Shown piece after piece: positions 46,501 to 56,033 of a stretch of 64,000 bases of DNA. The notes beneath the pieces were generated by a model. It did no database searches and was not told the origin of the DNA. It saw only the letters and a list, made by a program, of their open reading frames with translations. Position 1 is the first letter of the stretch. The number at the start of each line of letters is the position of its first letter. The stretch is from a virus. Lineage: Duplodnaviria; Caudoviricetes. The translations under genes and the position numbers were made by a program. The stretch lies in the IMG/VR virus record IMGVR_UViG_3300042542_005523, one strand, 5' to 3'.

Positions 46501-49500
46501 GGTACATCAGGTTCATCAGGAAGTTCAGGTTCATCGGGTTCTAGCGGTAGTGTTGGAACTTCGGGAACAAGTGGTTCAAGTGGAAGTTCAGGTTCTTCAG
46601 GAAGTGTAGGAACATCAGGTACAAGTGGTAGTTCAGGTTCGTCTGGCTCAAGTGGAAATACAGGTTCAAGTGGAACGAGTGGTTCATCAGGTACATCTGG
46701 CTCAAGTGGTAGTTCAGGTTCGTCTGGCTCAAGTGGTTCAAGTGGAACGAGTGGTTCATCAGGTACATCTGGCTCAAGTGGTAGTTCAGGTTCGTCTGGC
46801 TCAAGTGGTTCAAGTGGAAGTTCAGGTTCTTCAGGAAGTGTAGGAACATCAGGTACAAGTGGTAGTTCAGGTTCTTCAGGTAGTTCAGGTGTTAATGGTT
46901 CTTCAGGGACTAGTGGTAGTTCGGGAACATCTGGTTCTTCAGGAAGTTCGGGTTCATCAGGTTCTAGTGGTAGTTCAGGAACATCTGGCTCAAGCGGGTC
47001 TTCTGGTTCAAGTGGAAGTACTGGTTCTTCAGGAAGTGCAGGTACATCGGGTAGTGTAGGAACTAGCGGTAGTTCTGGTTCATCTGGTTCTTCAGGTAGT
47101 ACTGGCTCAAGTGGTACTTCAGGTTCATCAGGTAGTGTAGGTACTAGTGGTTCATCAGGTAGTTCTGGTTCAAGTGGTAGTAGCGGAAGTACAGGGTCTT
47201 CTGGTACAAGTGGGAACTCAGGAACATCTGGTACAAGCGGAAGTACAGGGTCTTCTGGTACAAGCGGTTCATCAGGTAGTACTGGGTCAAGTGGAAGTTC
47301 AGGAAGTAGTGGTAGTGTAGGAACAAGTGGTTCTTCAGGGACATCTGGCTCAACAGGTACTTCAGGAACATCAGGTTCAAGTGGGTCTTCAGGTAGTTCG
47401 GGTTCATCAGGAAGTTCAGGTACAAGCGGAACATCAGGTTCAGTAGGAACAAGTGGTTCATCGGGAAGTTCAGGGTCAACAGGAACTTCAGGTTCAAGTG
47501 GGTCTTCAGGTAGTTCAGGAAGTAGCGGAACATCTGGTTCTAGTGGAAGTGTTGGAACTTCTGGCACATCAGGAACAAGTGGTTCATCGGGAAGTTCTGG
47601 TTCTGCCGGTACAAGTGGAAGTGTAGGAACAAGTGGTACTTCAGGTTCATCTGGCTCAAGTGGAAGTTCAGGTTCAACAGGTAGTTCAGGTACTAGCGGT
47701 TCATCTGGAAGTTCTGGTTCTGCAGGTACAAGTGGAAGTTCTGGTTCTTCAGGTAGTACGGGTTCAAGAGGAACTAGCGGAACATCAGGAAGTTCTGGTT
47801 CTGTTGGAACTAGTGGAACGTCTGGTTCAGTAGGAACTAGCGGAACATCTGGAACAAGTGGTTCATCAGGTTCTAGCGGTAGCGCTGGAAGCTCAGGAAG
47901 TGTAGGTACTTCAGGTACTAGTGGAAGCTCAGGAAGTGTAGGAACATCTGGTTCAAGTGGTACTACTGGTACCTCAGGAACATCAGGTAGTTCAGGTTCA
48001 TCTGGTAGTGTTGGTACATCAGGAACTTCGGGTACTAGCGGAACATCAGGTTCTAGCGGTTCGTCAGGAAATAGTGGAAGTTCAGGTACAAGTGGAACAT
48101 CGGGTTCAACTGGGTCTTCAGGCTCAAGTGGTAGTTCGGGAAGTGTTGGTACATCAGGAAGTAGTGGTTCTTCAGGTTCTAGTGGTAGTACTGGAAGCTC
48201 AGGAAGTACAGGTACATCGGGTTCAAGTGGAACTTCAGGTTCTTCAGGTACTAGCGGAACATCGGGAACTAGTGGTAGTTCAGGTTCAGTTGGTACATCA
48301 GGAACTTCGGGTTCAAGTGGTAGTTCTGGTTCTACTGGTACATCGGGTACTAGCGGTTCTTCAGGTTCTAGCGGTAGCGCTGGAAGCTCAGGAAGTACAG
48401 GTACATCAGGTACTAGTGGTAGTTCTGGTAGCGTAGGAACATCGGGTACATCAGGTAGTTCTGGTTCATCGGGTAGTTCTGGCTCAACAGGCTCGTCAGG
48501 TAGTAGTGGAACTTCTGGTTCATCTGGCTCAAGCGGAAGTGTTGGAACATCTGGTTCGTCAGGAAGTACTGGCTCAAGTGGTTCATCAGGAAGTACAGGA
48601 ACATCAGGTAGTGCTGGTTCTTCTGGCTCAAGTGGTAGTTCAGGTTCAAGTGGAAGTACTGGAACATCAGGTAGTAGTGGAACATCAGGTTCATCAGGTT
48701 CTAGCGGTAGTACTGGAAGCTCAGGAACGTCAGGTTCTGTAGGTACAAGCGGGACATCAGGAACTTCGGGAAGTACTGGTTCTAGTGGAAGTTCAGGAAC
48801 AAGTGGTTCATCTGGAAGTTCAGGGTCATCAGGAAGTACTGGTACATCAGGAACATCTGGTTCTTCAGGTAGTTCAGGTTCTAGCGGAAGTTCAGGTTCA
48901 AGTGGAACTAGTGGTAGTTCAGGAAGTTCTGGTTCATCGGGTAGTACAGGTTCTTCAGGTAGTTCAGGTTCTAGCGGAAGTTCAGGTTCAAGTGGAACTA
49001 GTGGTAGTTCAGGAAGTTCTGGTTCATCGGGTAGTACAGGTACTTCAGGAAGCTCAGGTTCAAGTGGAACTAGTGGTTCTTCAGGGTCTAGCGGTTCATC
49101 GGGTTCTAGTGGAAGTTCAGGGTCATCTGGTAGTACAGGTTCAAGAGGAACTAGCGGTTCTTCAGGAACATCAGGTACTAGTGGTACATCAGGAAGTGTT
49201 GGGACAAGTGGTACGTCAGGAAGTACTGGAACATCAGGTTCAAGTGGTAGTGTAGGTACATCGGGAACTTCAGGTTCATCTGGAAGTACGGGTAGTTCAG
49301 GTACTAGCGGTAGTAGTGGTTCATCAGGAAGTTCTGGCTCGACTGGTAGTTCAGGAAGTTCTGGAACTTCAGGTTCTAGTGGTAGTTCGGGAACATCAGG
49401 GTCATCAGGTAGCGTAGGTACTAGCGGTTCTTCTGGTTCAAGTGGAAGTTCAGGTTCTAGCGGAAGTACAGGGTCAAGCGGAACTAGTGGAAGTTCAGGT

Positions 49501-52500
49501 TCATCTGGAAGTGTAGGAACAAGTGGAACCTCAGGTTCAGTAGGTACAAGTGGTACATCAGGAAGTTCAGGCTCAAGTGGTAGTACGGGTTCATCTGGTA
49601 CTAGCGGCTCTTCGGGAAGTACTGGGTCATCTGGAAGTTCAGGTTCAACAGGAACTAGCGGTTCTTCAGGAACATCAGGTAGTAGCGGTTCTAGTGGTAG
49701 TGCTGGTAGTTCAGGTTCTGCGGGTACAAGTGGAAGTGTAGGAACATCTGGGACTTCTGGTTCAAGTGGGTCATCAGGTTCTAGTGGGAGTGTTGGAACT
49801 TCTGGTACATCAGGAACAAGTGGTTCGTCAGGTTCTAGCGGTAGTGCTGGAAGCTCAGGAAGTACTGGTTCATCAGGTTCTGCGGGAAGTGCTGGTACAT
49901 CAGGGGTTAATGGTTCTTCAGGAACATCAGGTTCTGCTGGCTCAAGTGGAAGTTCAGGTTCTTCAGGTAGTGTTGGTACTTCTGGTACAAGCGGAACTTC
50001 AGGTTCATCAGGTAGTGCTGGCTCGTCGGGGTCTAGCGGTTCTGTTGGTACTTCAGGTAGTAGTGGAACATCTGGAAGCTCTGGCTCAAGTGGTAGTGCG
50101 GGGTCATCAGGGAGTACTGGTACAAGTGGAAGTTCGGGTTCAACTGGTACTTCAGGTAGTTCAGGAACATCTGGTACTTCAGGTTCAAGTGGAAGTAGTG
50201 GCTCATCAGGTTCTTCAGGAAGTGCTGGTACAAGTGGAACATCTGGCTCATCAGGTTCAACGGGTAGTTCAGGAAGTGCTGGTACAAGTGGAACATCAGG
50301 TTCTAGTGGAAGTAGTGGTAGTTCAGGGTCATCTGGTTCTGCGGGTACATCAGGAAGTAGTGGAAGTACAGGTTCTTCTGGTTCAAGTGGGACATCAGGT
50401 TCAACGGGTAGTTCAGGAAGTAGTGGAACAAGTGGTTCATCTGGTACTTCAGGTTCATCTGGCTCAAGTGGTAGTACGGGTTCTTCAGGAAGCTCAGGCT
50501 CAAGCGGAAGTTCTGGTTCAACAGGTTCTAGAGGAACAAGTGGAACTTCTGGTTCGTCAGGAACTAGCGGAACGTCAGGAACATCTGGTTCATCAGGAAG
50601 TTCGGGTTCAAGTGGTTCGTCTGGGTCTACAGGAACAAGTGGTTCGGCTGGTACATCAGGAAGTAGTGGAAGTTCAGGGTCTAGTGGTAGTGCTGGAAGT
50701 TCAGGGTCTAGTGGTAGTGCTGGAAGTTCAGGTTCAGTAGGTACAAGTGGTTCTTCAGGAACATCAGGTTCTAGTGGGTCTTCAGGAAGTTCTGGTAGTT
50801 CAGGTTCAGCTGGTACAAGTGGAAGTGTAGGAACATCTGGTTCTTCAGGAAGTTCTGGTTCAAGTGGTTCATCAGGAAGTTCAGGTTCTACAGGTTCAAG
50901 AGGAACATCGGGTACTAGTGGTACATCAGGTAGTAGTGGTTCTAGTGGTAGTGCTGGTACTTCAGGTTCAGTAGGGACAAGTGGCTCTTCAGGAAGTGCT
51001 GGTAGTTCAGGTTCATCGGGTAGTAGCGGAACATCAGGTTCGTCAGGAACAAGTGGTTCGTCAGGGTCTAGCGGTAGTACTGGAAGTTCAGGAAGTTCTG
51101 GCTCTGTTGGTACATCAGGTAGTTCGGGGTCATCCGGAAGCTCAGGAAGTAGTGGTTCATCAGGTACATCGGGAGCTAACGGAAGTTCAGGAACATCTGG
51201 GTCTAGTGGAAGTTCAGGAAGTAGTGGTTCATCAGGCTCAAGTGGGTCTGCTGGTACTTCAGGTGCTAACGGAAGTTCAGGAACAAGTGGTTCGTCAGGT
51301 TCTAGCGGAAGTGCTGGAAGCTCAGGAAGTTCGGGAACATCAGGTAGTAGTGGTAGTTCAGGGTCCTCAGGGAGTACAGGTTCAAGAGGAACAAGCGGTT
51401 CTTCAGGTACATCAGGAACCTCAGGAAGTGCTGGTTCATCAGGTTCTTCAGGTTCAAGTGGAAGTGTAGGAACAAGTGGTAGTTCTGGTTCTGCGGGTTC
51501 TAGTGGAACTTCAGGTTCAACAGGAACATCAGGTAGTTCAGGTTCAAGTGGAGTAACTGGTTCTTCAGGTACTAGCGGTTCTTCAGGAAGTTCTGGGTCA
51601 TCAGGGTCTAGTGGAAGTGTTGGAACTAGCGGTTCATCTGGTACAAGTGGTTCATCAGGTAGTTCAGGAAGTTCGGGTTCAAGCGGTAGTAGTGGAAGTT
51701 CAGGGTCAACAGGTTCAAGAGGAACATCAGGAAGTACTGGTACAAGTGGTTCGGCTGGTACCTCAGGTTCAAGTGGAAGTTCAGGTAGTAGTGGATTAAG
51801 TGGTGTTGATGGTACTAATGGAACATCTGGAAGTTCTGGTTCAAGTGGTGTTAACGGAAGTTCAGGAAGTAGTGGTACATCTGGTTCTAGTGGAAGTTCT
51901 GGCTCTGCTGGTAGTTCAGGTTCTGCAGGTACAAGTGGAAGTGTTGGAACATCAGGTTCTTCAGGGAGTTCTGGTTCAAGTGGTTCTTCAGGAAGTTCTG
52001 GCTCAACAGGTTCAAGAGGAACAAGTGGTTCTTCAGGGACTTCAGGAAGTTCAGGTTCAAGTGGAAGTAGTGGAAGTTCAGGGTCATCAGGTGTTAGTGG
52101 TTCTTCAGGGACATCAGGTTCAAGTGGAAGTTCAGGTTCTTCTGGTTCAAGTGGAAGTTCAGGAACATCTGGCTCAACAGGAACTTCAGGGTCATCAGGT
52201 TCTAGTGGAAGTACTGGTACTTCAGGTAGTTCAGGAACATCAGGGTCTAGCGGTAGTTCGGGGTCATCTGGAAGCTCAGGAAGTAGTGGTTCATCAGGTA
52301 CATCGGGAGCTAACGGAAGTTCAGGTACAAGTGGTTCTTCAGGAAGTAGTGGTAGTTCAGGGTCATCTGGCTCTGCTGGTACATCAGGTGCTAATGGAAG
52401 TTCAGGAACATCTGGTTCAAGTGGTAGTGCTGGAAGCTCAGGAAGTAGTGGTAGTTCTGGTTCCGTTGGAACTTCAGGTTCTAGCGGTTCATCAGGAAGT

Positions 52501-55500
52501 GCTGGTACGAGTGGAAGTTCAGGAAGTAGTGGCTCATCAGGTTCTTCAGGAAGTACAGGTTCAAGAGGAACATCAGGTACTTCGGGAACATCAGGTACAT
52601 CAGGTGCCAATGGAAGTAGTGGAACATCAGGTAGTAGTGGTTCTAGCGGAAGTGCTGGAAGCTCAGGAAGTTCAGGTTCAACTGGAACATCTGGTTCTTC
52701 AGGAAGTAGTGGTTCTAGTGGTAGTTCAGGAAGTACAGGTTCTTCTGGTTCAAGTGGAACATCAGGTTCGTCAGGAAGTTCCGGCTCATCAGGATCAAGT
52801 GGGTCTGCTGGAACTTCAGGGGCTAACGGAAGTTCAGGAACAAGTGGTTCTTCAGGTTCTAGTGGTAGTGCTGGAAGCTCAGGAAGTTCTGGTACATCGG
52901 GTGCTAACGGAAGTTCAGGAACATCAGGTAGTAGTGGTTCTAGTGGAAGTGCTGGTTCATCAGGAAGTTCAGGTTCAACTGGTACATCTGGTTCTTCAGG
53001 AAGTAGTGGTTCTAGTGGAAGCGCTGGTTCATCAGGAAGTACAGGTTCAAGAGGAACATCAGGTACATCAGGAACATCAGGAAGTGCTGGTTCATCAGGT
53101 TCAAGTGGAAGTTCAGGAACATCAGGAGCTAACGGAAGTTCGGGAACATCCGGTACAAGTGGAAGTTCAGGTTCTTCGGGAAGTAGTGGTAGTTCTGGCT
53201 CTGCTGGTACATCAGGTGCTAATGGAAGTAGCGGAACATCAGGTAGCTCCGGTTCATCTGGCTCAAGTGGAAGTAGTGGTAGTTCAGGTTCATCAGGAAC
53301 AAGTGGGGCTAATGGAAGTTCAGGTACAAGTGGTAGTTCTGGAACATCGGGCTCAAGTGGGTCGTCAGGTAGTTCAGGCTCAAGTGGAAGTTCTGGAATT
53401 AACGGTTCATCAGGAACTTCAGGTTCAAGTGGTAGCACAGGGTCTAGTGGTAGTAGTGGTTCTTCAGGTAGTTCAGGAACATCAGGAAGTAGTGGGACAT
53501 CGGGAAGTTCTGGTTCAAGCGGAAGTTCTGGTTCATCAGGAAGCACAGGTTCAAGAGGAACAAGTGGTTCTTCAGGAACATCAGGAAGTGCTGGTTCATC
53601 AGGTTCAAGTGGTAGTACTGGAAGCTCGGGTACTTCTGGTTCATCAGGAAGTTCTGGCTCAAGCGGATTAACAGGTTCTTCAGGAACAAGCGGTTCGAGT
53701 GGTTCTTCAGGAAGTACAGGTTCTAGCGGAAGTGCTGGAAGCTCAGGAAGTTCAGGTACATCAGGTGCTAATGGAAGCAGTGGAACCTCTGGGTCAAGTG
53801 GTTCATCAGGAAGTGCTGGCTCATCAGGAAGTTCAGGTTCAACTGGTTCTTCGGGAAGTAGTGGTTCTAGTGGAAGCGCTGGTTCATCAGGAAGTACAGG
53901 TTCAAGAGGTACTAGTGGTACATCAGGGACATCAGGGACATCAGGAAGTGCTGGTTCATCAGGTACATCAGGTGCTAATGGAAGCAGTGGAACCTCTGGG
54001 TCAAGTGGTTCATCAGGAAGTGCTGGCTCATCAGGTTCAAGTGGAAGTTCAGGAACATCGGGAAGTGCTGGCTCATCAGGTTCTAGTGGAAGTTCAGGAA
54101 CATCAGGAACAAGTGGAAGTTCAGGTTCATCAGGAAGTTCTGGAATTACTGGTTCATCGGGAACTTCAGGTTCTAGCGGAAGTGCTGGCAGCTCAGGAAG
54201 TGGAGGTTCATCGGGAACATCAGGTTCTTCGGGAACAAGTGGAAGTGCTGGTTCATCAGGAAGTTCTGGAATTACTGGTTCATCAGGTACTTCTGGTTCA
54301 TCGGGTAGTTCAGGTTCAGCAGGAAGTTCAGGAACATCAGGTTCATCAGGAAGTGCAGGTTCAAGTGGGATATCAGGAAATGACTCTTCTAACTCAGGTA
54401 GATGGGGTTACGCATCAGGTGGAGGGGTTCCTGGTTCGGGAAGATTTAGCGCAAGTAGTTCGACACTTTCATCTGTAATTGGTTTTGCAGTTAATGACCT
54501 TGATATTAATTCTACCGATTACGATGAATGGTGGTTAACAGCTGAGGGGTTAGTATCTGGAGGAAATGGGATATACTTACAAGTAACTCAAGTAGGCAGT
54601 AATAATATAATAGGTCTTTATTCAGTTTCCGCGATAAATGATAATACCACATATTGGTCAATAACAGTTAAATTCATAGCTGGGAGTGGTTCTATGACCA
54701 ATGCCGAAAATTATACAATATCTTGGGTTTACAATGGTGCTGATGGTCCTTCTGGTTCAAGTGGAACATCAGGTTCAAGCGGAAGTTCTGGAAGTTCAGG
54801 CTCTAGTGGTATTGCTGGTAGTTCGGGAACATCTGGTTCTTCAGGTTCAAGCGGAAGTTCTGGAAGTTCAGGTTCAAGTGGTATTGCTGGTAGTTCGGGA
54901 ACATCTGGTTCTTCAGGAAGTAGTGGTTCTACAGGTTCAAGAGGAACTAGCGGTTCTTCAGGTTCAAGTGGAAGCTCAGGTTCAAGCGGTTCTACAGGTT
55001 CAAGAGGAACTAGCGGTTCTTCAGGTTCAAGTGGAACTAGCGGTTCTTCAGGTTCAAGTGGAAGCTCAGGTTCAAGCGGTTCTACAGGTTCAAGAGGAAC
55101 TAGTGGGACATCTGGAACATCAGGTTCATCTGGAACATCATCAACGGTTTATGTGGGTAATGCTAATGGTGCAGGTATTACTAATGGTGCTAGAGGTTCT
55201 ATTTATTTAGGGGGAACACCTGTTGCCATGGTTGCGGTTACCGCAGGTGATTACGGAGGTGGTGCAACTGATTTTATGCCAGGATACCCAATGCCTGCAG
55301 GAACTGCAAGTAAAATGAGAGTTATTACAAGAAGTGCCAATCCTGCTCTAAATAGTTTAGAGGTCTATGTTGCTAATGCTACTACATCAACATTAGGTGC
55401 TAAAGTTACAATAGCCGCTGGGTCAGCCGCAGGAGTTTACACTACAGATGACGGAACAACAGTTACGTACTCAGTTGGTGATAGATTATATTGTATTGCT

Positions 55501-55575
55501 AAAAATCCTAATGTGGGGGGAGGAGCGACTTCCGCACAAATAACTACAGTATCATTTAATTTTACACCTAGCTAA
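43528..55575 (+). CDS. giant Gly-X-Y (GSS/GTS) repeat fibre protein, 4015 aa
   Basis: About 230-aa N domain, about 3390 aa of Gly-(Ser/Thr)-Ser triplets, about 120-aa globular insert (54379-54744), second short repeat, about 145-aa C domain. Confidence 0.85.
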   Translation: MLTDNLFSGIVDFTDGSLSSLVGITGSATYGSSVITGVDSTIIPGLTAGLSVRALPEGILNPSTTIVSLGSNTVEFSNPVGYTGSANFYIELSSGNYLLNNALFVDVNNIYNVGDIPDYQIGATGGLVISPFAIYTQGRYNDQKNLKAIYEKYIITKVLSRNTVTNRFSAIVTWGFSGSAPTSVNTGQTVLPITQLSPNNLLPPIIDYRAFSYKNLPEGQPFNQEILKVLDSGGSGGSGGSGTSGTSGSSGSSGTSGTSGSSGTSGTDGSSGTSGTDGSSGTSGTSGTDGSSGTSGTSGSSGSSGESGSSGSSGESGTSGSSGSSGESGSSGSSGESGTSGTSGSSGTSGSSGTSGESGSSGTSGESGTSGTSGSSGTSGSSGTSGESGTSGSSGESGTSGSSGTSGSSGTSGESGTSGSSGESGTSGSSGTSGSSGTSGESGTSGTSGSSGTSGSSGSSGESGTSGSSGTSGSSGSAGSSGSTGTSGSSGTGGSSGSSGSSGSSGSTGSSGSSGSSGTSGSTGTSGTSGSSGSSGSSGSSGTSGSSGSVGTSGTSGSSGSVGTSGTSGTSGTSGSVGTSGTSGSSGSSGSSGNSGSSGTSGTSGTSGSSGSVGTSGTSGSSGSSGTSGSSGSTGTSGTSGSSGSVGTSGSSGSSGSSGSSGISGSSGSSGSAGSSGSTGTSGTSGTSGSSGSVGTSGTSGSSGLSGSSGSSGSTGTSGSTGTSGSSGSVGTSGTSGSSGSSGSVGTSGSSGSAGTSGTSGSSGSSGTSGTSGTGGTSGSSGSVGTSGTSGTSGSSGTSGSSGSSGSSGSSGSSGSSGTSGSTGTSGSSGTSGTSGSSGSAGSSGSSGSVGTSGSSGSSGSYGSSGTSGSSGSSGSTGSSGSSGITGSSGTSGSSGTSGSSGSSGSSGSTGSSGTSGTSGTSGTSGSSGSTGTSGSTGTSGSSGSSGSSGSSGLTGSSGTSGSSGTSGSSGSSGSSGSSGSTGSSGTSGSSGTSGSSGSSGSSGSSGSVGTSGTSGSSGSSGSSGSVGTSGTSGSSGSSGSSGNTGSSGTSGSSGTSGSSGSSGSSGSSGSSGTSGSSGTSGSSGSSGSSGSSGSSGSSGSSGSVGTSGTSGSSGSSGSSGVNGSSGTSGSSGTSGSSGSSGSSGSSGSSGTSGSSGSSGSSGSTGSSGSAGTSGSVGTSGSSGSSGSSGSTGSSGTSGSSGSVGTSGSSGSSGSSGSSGSTGSSGTSGNSGTSGTSGSTGSSGTSGSSGSTGSSGSSGSSGSVGTSGSSGTSGSTGTSGTSGSSGSSGSSGSSGSSGTSGTSGSVGTSGSSGSSGSTGTSGSSGSSGSSGSSGTSGSSGSVGTSGTSGTSGSSGSSGSAGTSGSVGTSGTSGSSGSSGSSGSTGSSGTSGSSGSSGSAGTSGSSGSSGSTGSRGTSGTSGSSGSVGTSGTSGSVGTSGTSGTSGSSGSSGSAGSSGSVGTSGTSGSSGSVGTSGSSGTTGTSGTSGSSGSSGSVGTSGTSGTSGTSGSSGSSGNSGSSGTSGTSGSTGSSGSSGSSGSVGTSGSSGSSGSSGSTGSSGSTGTSGSSGTSGSSGTSGTSGTSGSSGSVGTSGTSGSSGSSGSTGTSGTSGSSGSSGSAGSSGSTGTSGTSGSSGSVGTSGTSGSSGSSGSSGSTGSSGSSGTSGSSGSSGSVGTSGSSGSTGSSGSSGSTGTSGSAGSSGSSGSSGSSGSTGTSGSSGTSGSSGSSGSTGSSGTSGSVGTSGTSGTSGSTGSSGSSGTSGSSGSSGSSGSTGTSGTSGSSGSSGSSGSSGSSGTSGSSGSSGSSGSTGSSGSSGSSGSSGSSGTSGSSGSSGSSGSTGTSGSSGSSGTSGSSGSSGSSGSSGSSGSSGSTGSRGTSGSSGTSGTSGTSGSVGTSGTSGSTGTSGSSGSVGTSGTSGSSGSTGSSGTSGSSGSSGSSGSTGSSGSSGTSGSSGSSGTSGSSGSVGTSGSSGSSGSSGSSGSTGSSGTSGSSGSSGSVGTSGTSGSVGTSGTSGSSGSSGSTGSSGTSGSSGSTGSSGSSGSTGTSGSSGTSGSSGSSGSAGSSGSAGTSGSVGTSGTSGSSGSSGSSGSVGTSGTSGTSGSSGSSGSAGSSGSTGSSGSAGSAGTSGVNGSSGTSGSAGSSGSSGSSGSVGTSGTSGTSGSSGSAGSSGSSGSVGTSGSSGTSGSSGSSGSAGSSGSTGTSGSSGSTGTSGSSGTSGTSGSSGSSGSSGSSGSAGTSGTSGSSGSTGSSGSAGTSGTSGSSGSSGSSGSSGSAGTSGSSGSTGSSGSSGTSGSTGSSGSSGTSGSSGTSGSSGSSGSTGSSGSSGSSGSSGSTGSRGTSGTSGSSGTSGTSGTSGSSGSSGSSGSSGSTGTSGSAGTSGSSGSSGSSGSAGSSGSSGSAGSSGSVGTSGSSGTSGSSGSSGSSGSSGSAGTSGSVGTSGSSGSSGSSGSSGSSGSTGSRGTSGTSGTSGSSGSSGSAGTSGSVGTSGSSGSAGSSGSSGSSGTSGSSGTSGSSGSSGSTGSSGSSGSVGTSGSSGSSGSSGSSGSSGTSGANGSSGTSGSSGSSGSSGSSGSSGSAGTSGANGSSGTSGSSGSSGSAGSSGSSGTSGSSGSSGSSGSTGSRGTSGSSGTSGTSGSAGSSGSSGSSGSVGTSGSSGSAGSSGTSGSTGTSGSSGSSGVTGSSGTSGSSGSSGSSGSSGSVGTSGSSGTSGSSGSSGSSGSSGSSGSSGSTGSRGTSGSTGTSGSAGTSGSSGSSGSSGLSGVDGTNGTSGSSGSSGVNGSSGSSGTSGSSGSSGSAGSSGSAGTSGSVGTSGSSGSSGSSGSSGSSGSTGSRGTSGSSGTSGSSGSSGSSGSSGSSGVSGSSGTSGSSGSSGSSGSSGSSGTSGSTGTSGSSGSSGSTGTSGSSGTSGSSGSSGSSGSSGSSGSSGTSGANGSSGTSGSSGSSGSSGSSGSAGTSGANGSSGTSGSSGSAGSSGSSGSSGSVGTSGSSGSSGSAGTSGSSGSSGSSGSSGSTGSRGTSGTSGTSGTSGANGSSGTSGSSGSSGSAGSSGSSGSTGTSGSSGSSGSSGSSGSTGSSGSSGTSGSSGSSGSSGSSGSAGTSGANGSSGTSGSSGSSGSAGSSGSSGTSGANGSSGTSGSSGSSGSAGSSGSSGSTGTSGSSGSSGSSGSAGSSGSTGSRGTSGTSGTSGSAGSSGSSGSSGTSGANGSSGTSGTSGSSGSSGSSGSSGSAGTSGANGSSGTSGSSGSSGSSGSSGSSGSSGTSGANGSSGTSGSSGTSGSSGSSGSSGSSGSSGINGSSGTSGSSGSTGSSGSSGSSGSSGTSGSSGTSGSSGSSGSSGSSGSTGSRGTSGSSGTSGSAGSSGSSGSTGSSGTSGSSGSSGSSGLTGSSGTSGSSGSSGSTGSSGSAGSSGSSGTSGANGSSGTSGSSGSSGSAGSSGSSGSTGSSGSSGSSGSAGSSGSTGSRGTSGTSGTSGTSGSAGSSGTSGANGSSGTSGSSGSSGSAGSSGSSGSSGTSGSAGSSGSSGSSGTSGTSGSSGSSGSSGITGSSGTSGSSGSAGSSGSGGSSGTSGSSGTSGSAGSSGSSGITGSSGTSGSSGSSGSAGSSGTSGSSGSAGSSGISGNDSSNSGRWGYASGGGVPGSGRFSASSSTLSSVIGFAVNDLDINSTDYDEWWLTAEGLVSGGNGIYLQVTQVGSNNIIGLYSVSAINDNTTYWSITVKFIAGSGSMTNAENYTISWVYNGADGPSGSSGTSGSSGSSGSSGSSGIAGSSGTSGSSGSSGSSGSSGSSGIAGSSGTSGSSGSSGSTGSRGTSGSSGSSGSSGSSGSTGSRGTSGSSGSSGTSGSSGSSGSSGSSGSTGSRGTSGTSGTSGSSGTSSTVYVGNANGAGITNGARGSIYLGGTPVAMVAVTAGDYGGGATDFMPGYPMPAGTASKMRVITRSANPALNSLEVYVANATTSTLGAKVTIAAGSAAGVYTTDDGTTVTYSVGDRLYCIAKNPNVGGGATSAQITTVSFNFTPS
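44221..54378 (+). repeat. 9-nt-period coding repeat (GGN-WSN-WSN) with shuffled synonymous codons
   Basis: Continuous Gly every third codon for about 10.2 kb; few long exact DNA duplications. Confidence 0.95.
48859..49038 (+). repeat. exact 90-nt tandem duplication inside the fibre repeat
   Basis: 48859-48948 is repeated at 48949-49038. Confidence 0.85.
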
Positions 55576-55820
55576 TGGAATACACATACAAACAAATAGA
55601 AAATGGCGATTGGCAATTACTTGTTATTGTAAATGAAATACCTATTGTGTTCATTCTATCTGAAGACCTTATAGGTACTGAAGATACACCTCCTAGGGGT
55701 TTACCTGAACATATACAAATGATACAAGATTTTAAAGATGTTTCTAAACTAGAATATTTTATTCAACTTTTAATAGATAACCCTGGTACAGCATTTTCTA
55801 TATATAATAATTTTGAATGA
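55575..55820 (+). CDS. small hypothetical protein downstream of fibre (possible chaperone)
   Basis: Start overlaps the fibre stop codon. Confidence 0.6.
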   Translation: MEYTYKQIENGDWQLLVIVNEIPIVFILSEDLIGTEDTPPRGLPEHIQMIQDFKDVSKLEYFIQLLIDNPGTAFSIYNNFE

Positions 55821-56033
55821 TTCTGAAGTACTATAAAACTATAATCTAAGATAAATAATAATATTATAACTTATAGAGGTTTTGGATACCAATATTGGTC
55901 TTATGAAAAGATTGATGATATGTGTGTTCATATCTATATGTGAGATGGAATATATGCATTTATGGGTAATAATACTATAATTAATAAGGTACTTTGTATA
56001 AATTCAGACGAGATAATAAGTTATCTACCGTAA

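Noticed and set aside
46110-53546. 2478-aa Pro/Glu/Leu/Val ORF on the minus strand and many V/Q/L-rich ORFs in other frames of 44196-55210
   Set aside because: Shadows of the GGN-TCN/AGY/ACN repeat, which lacks stops in those frames; no start context or independent domains.
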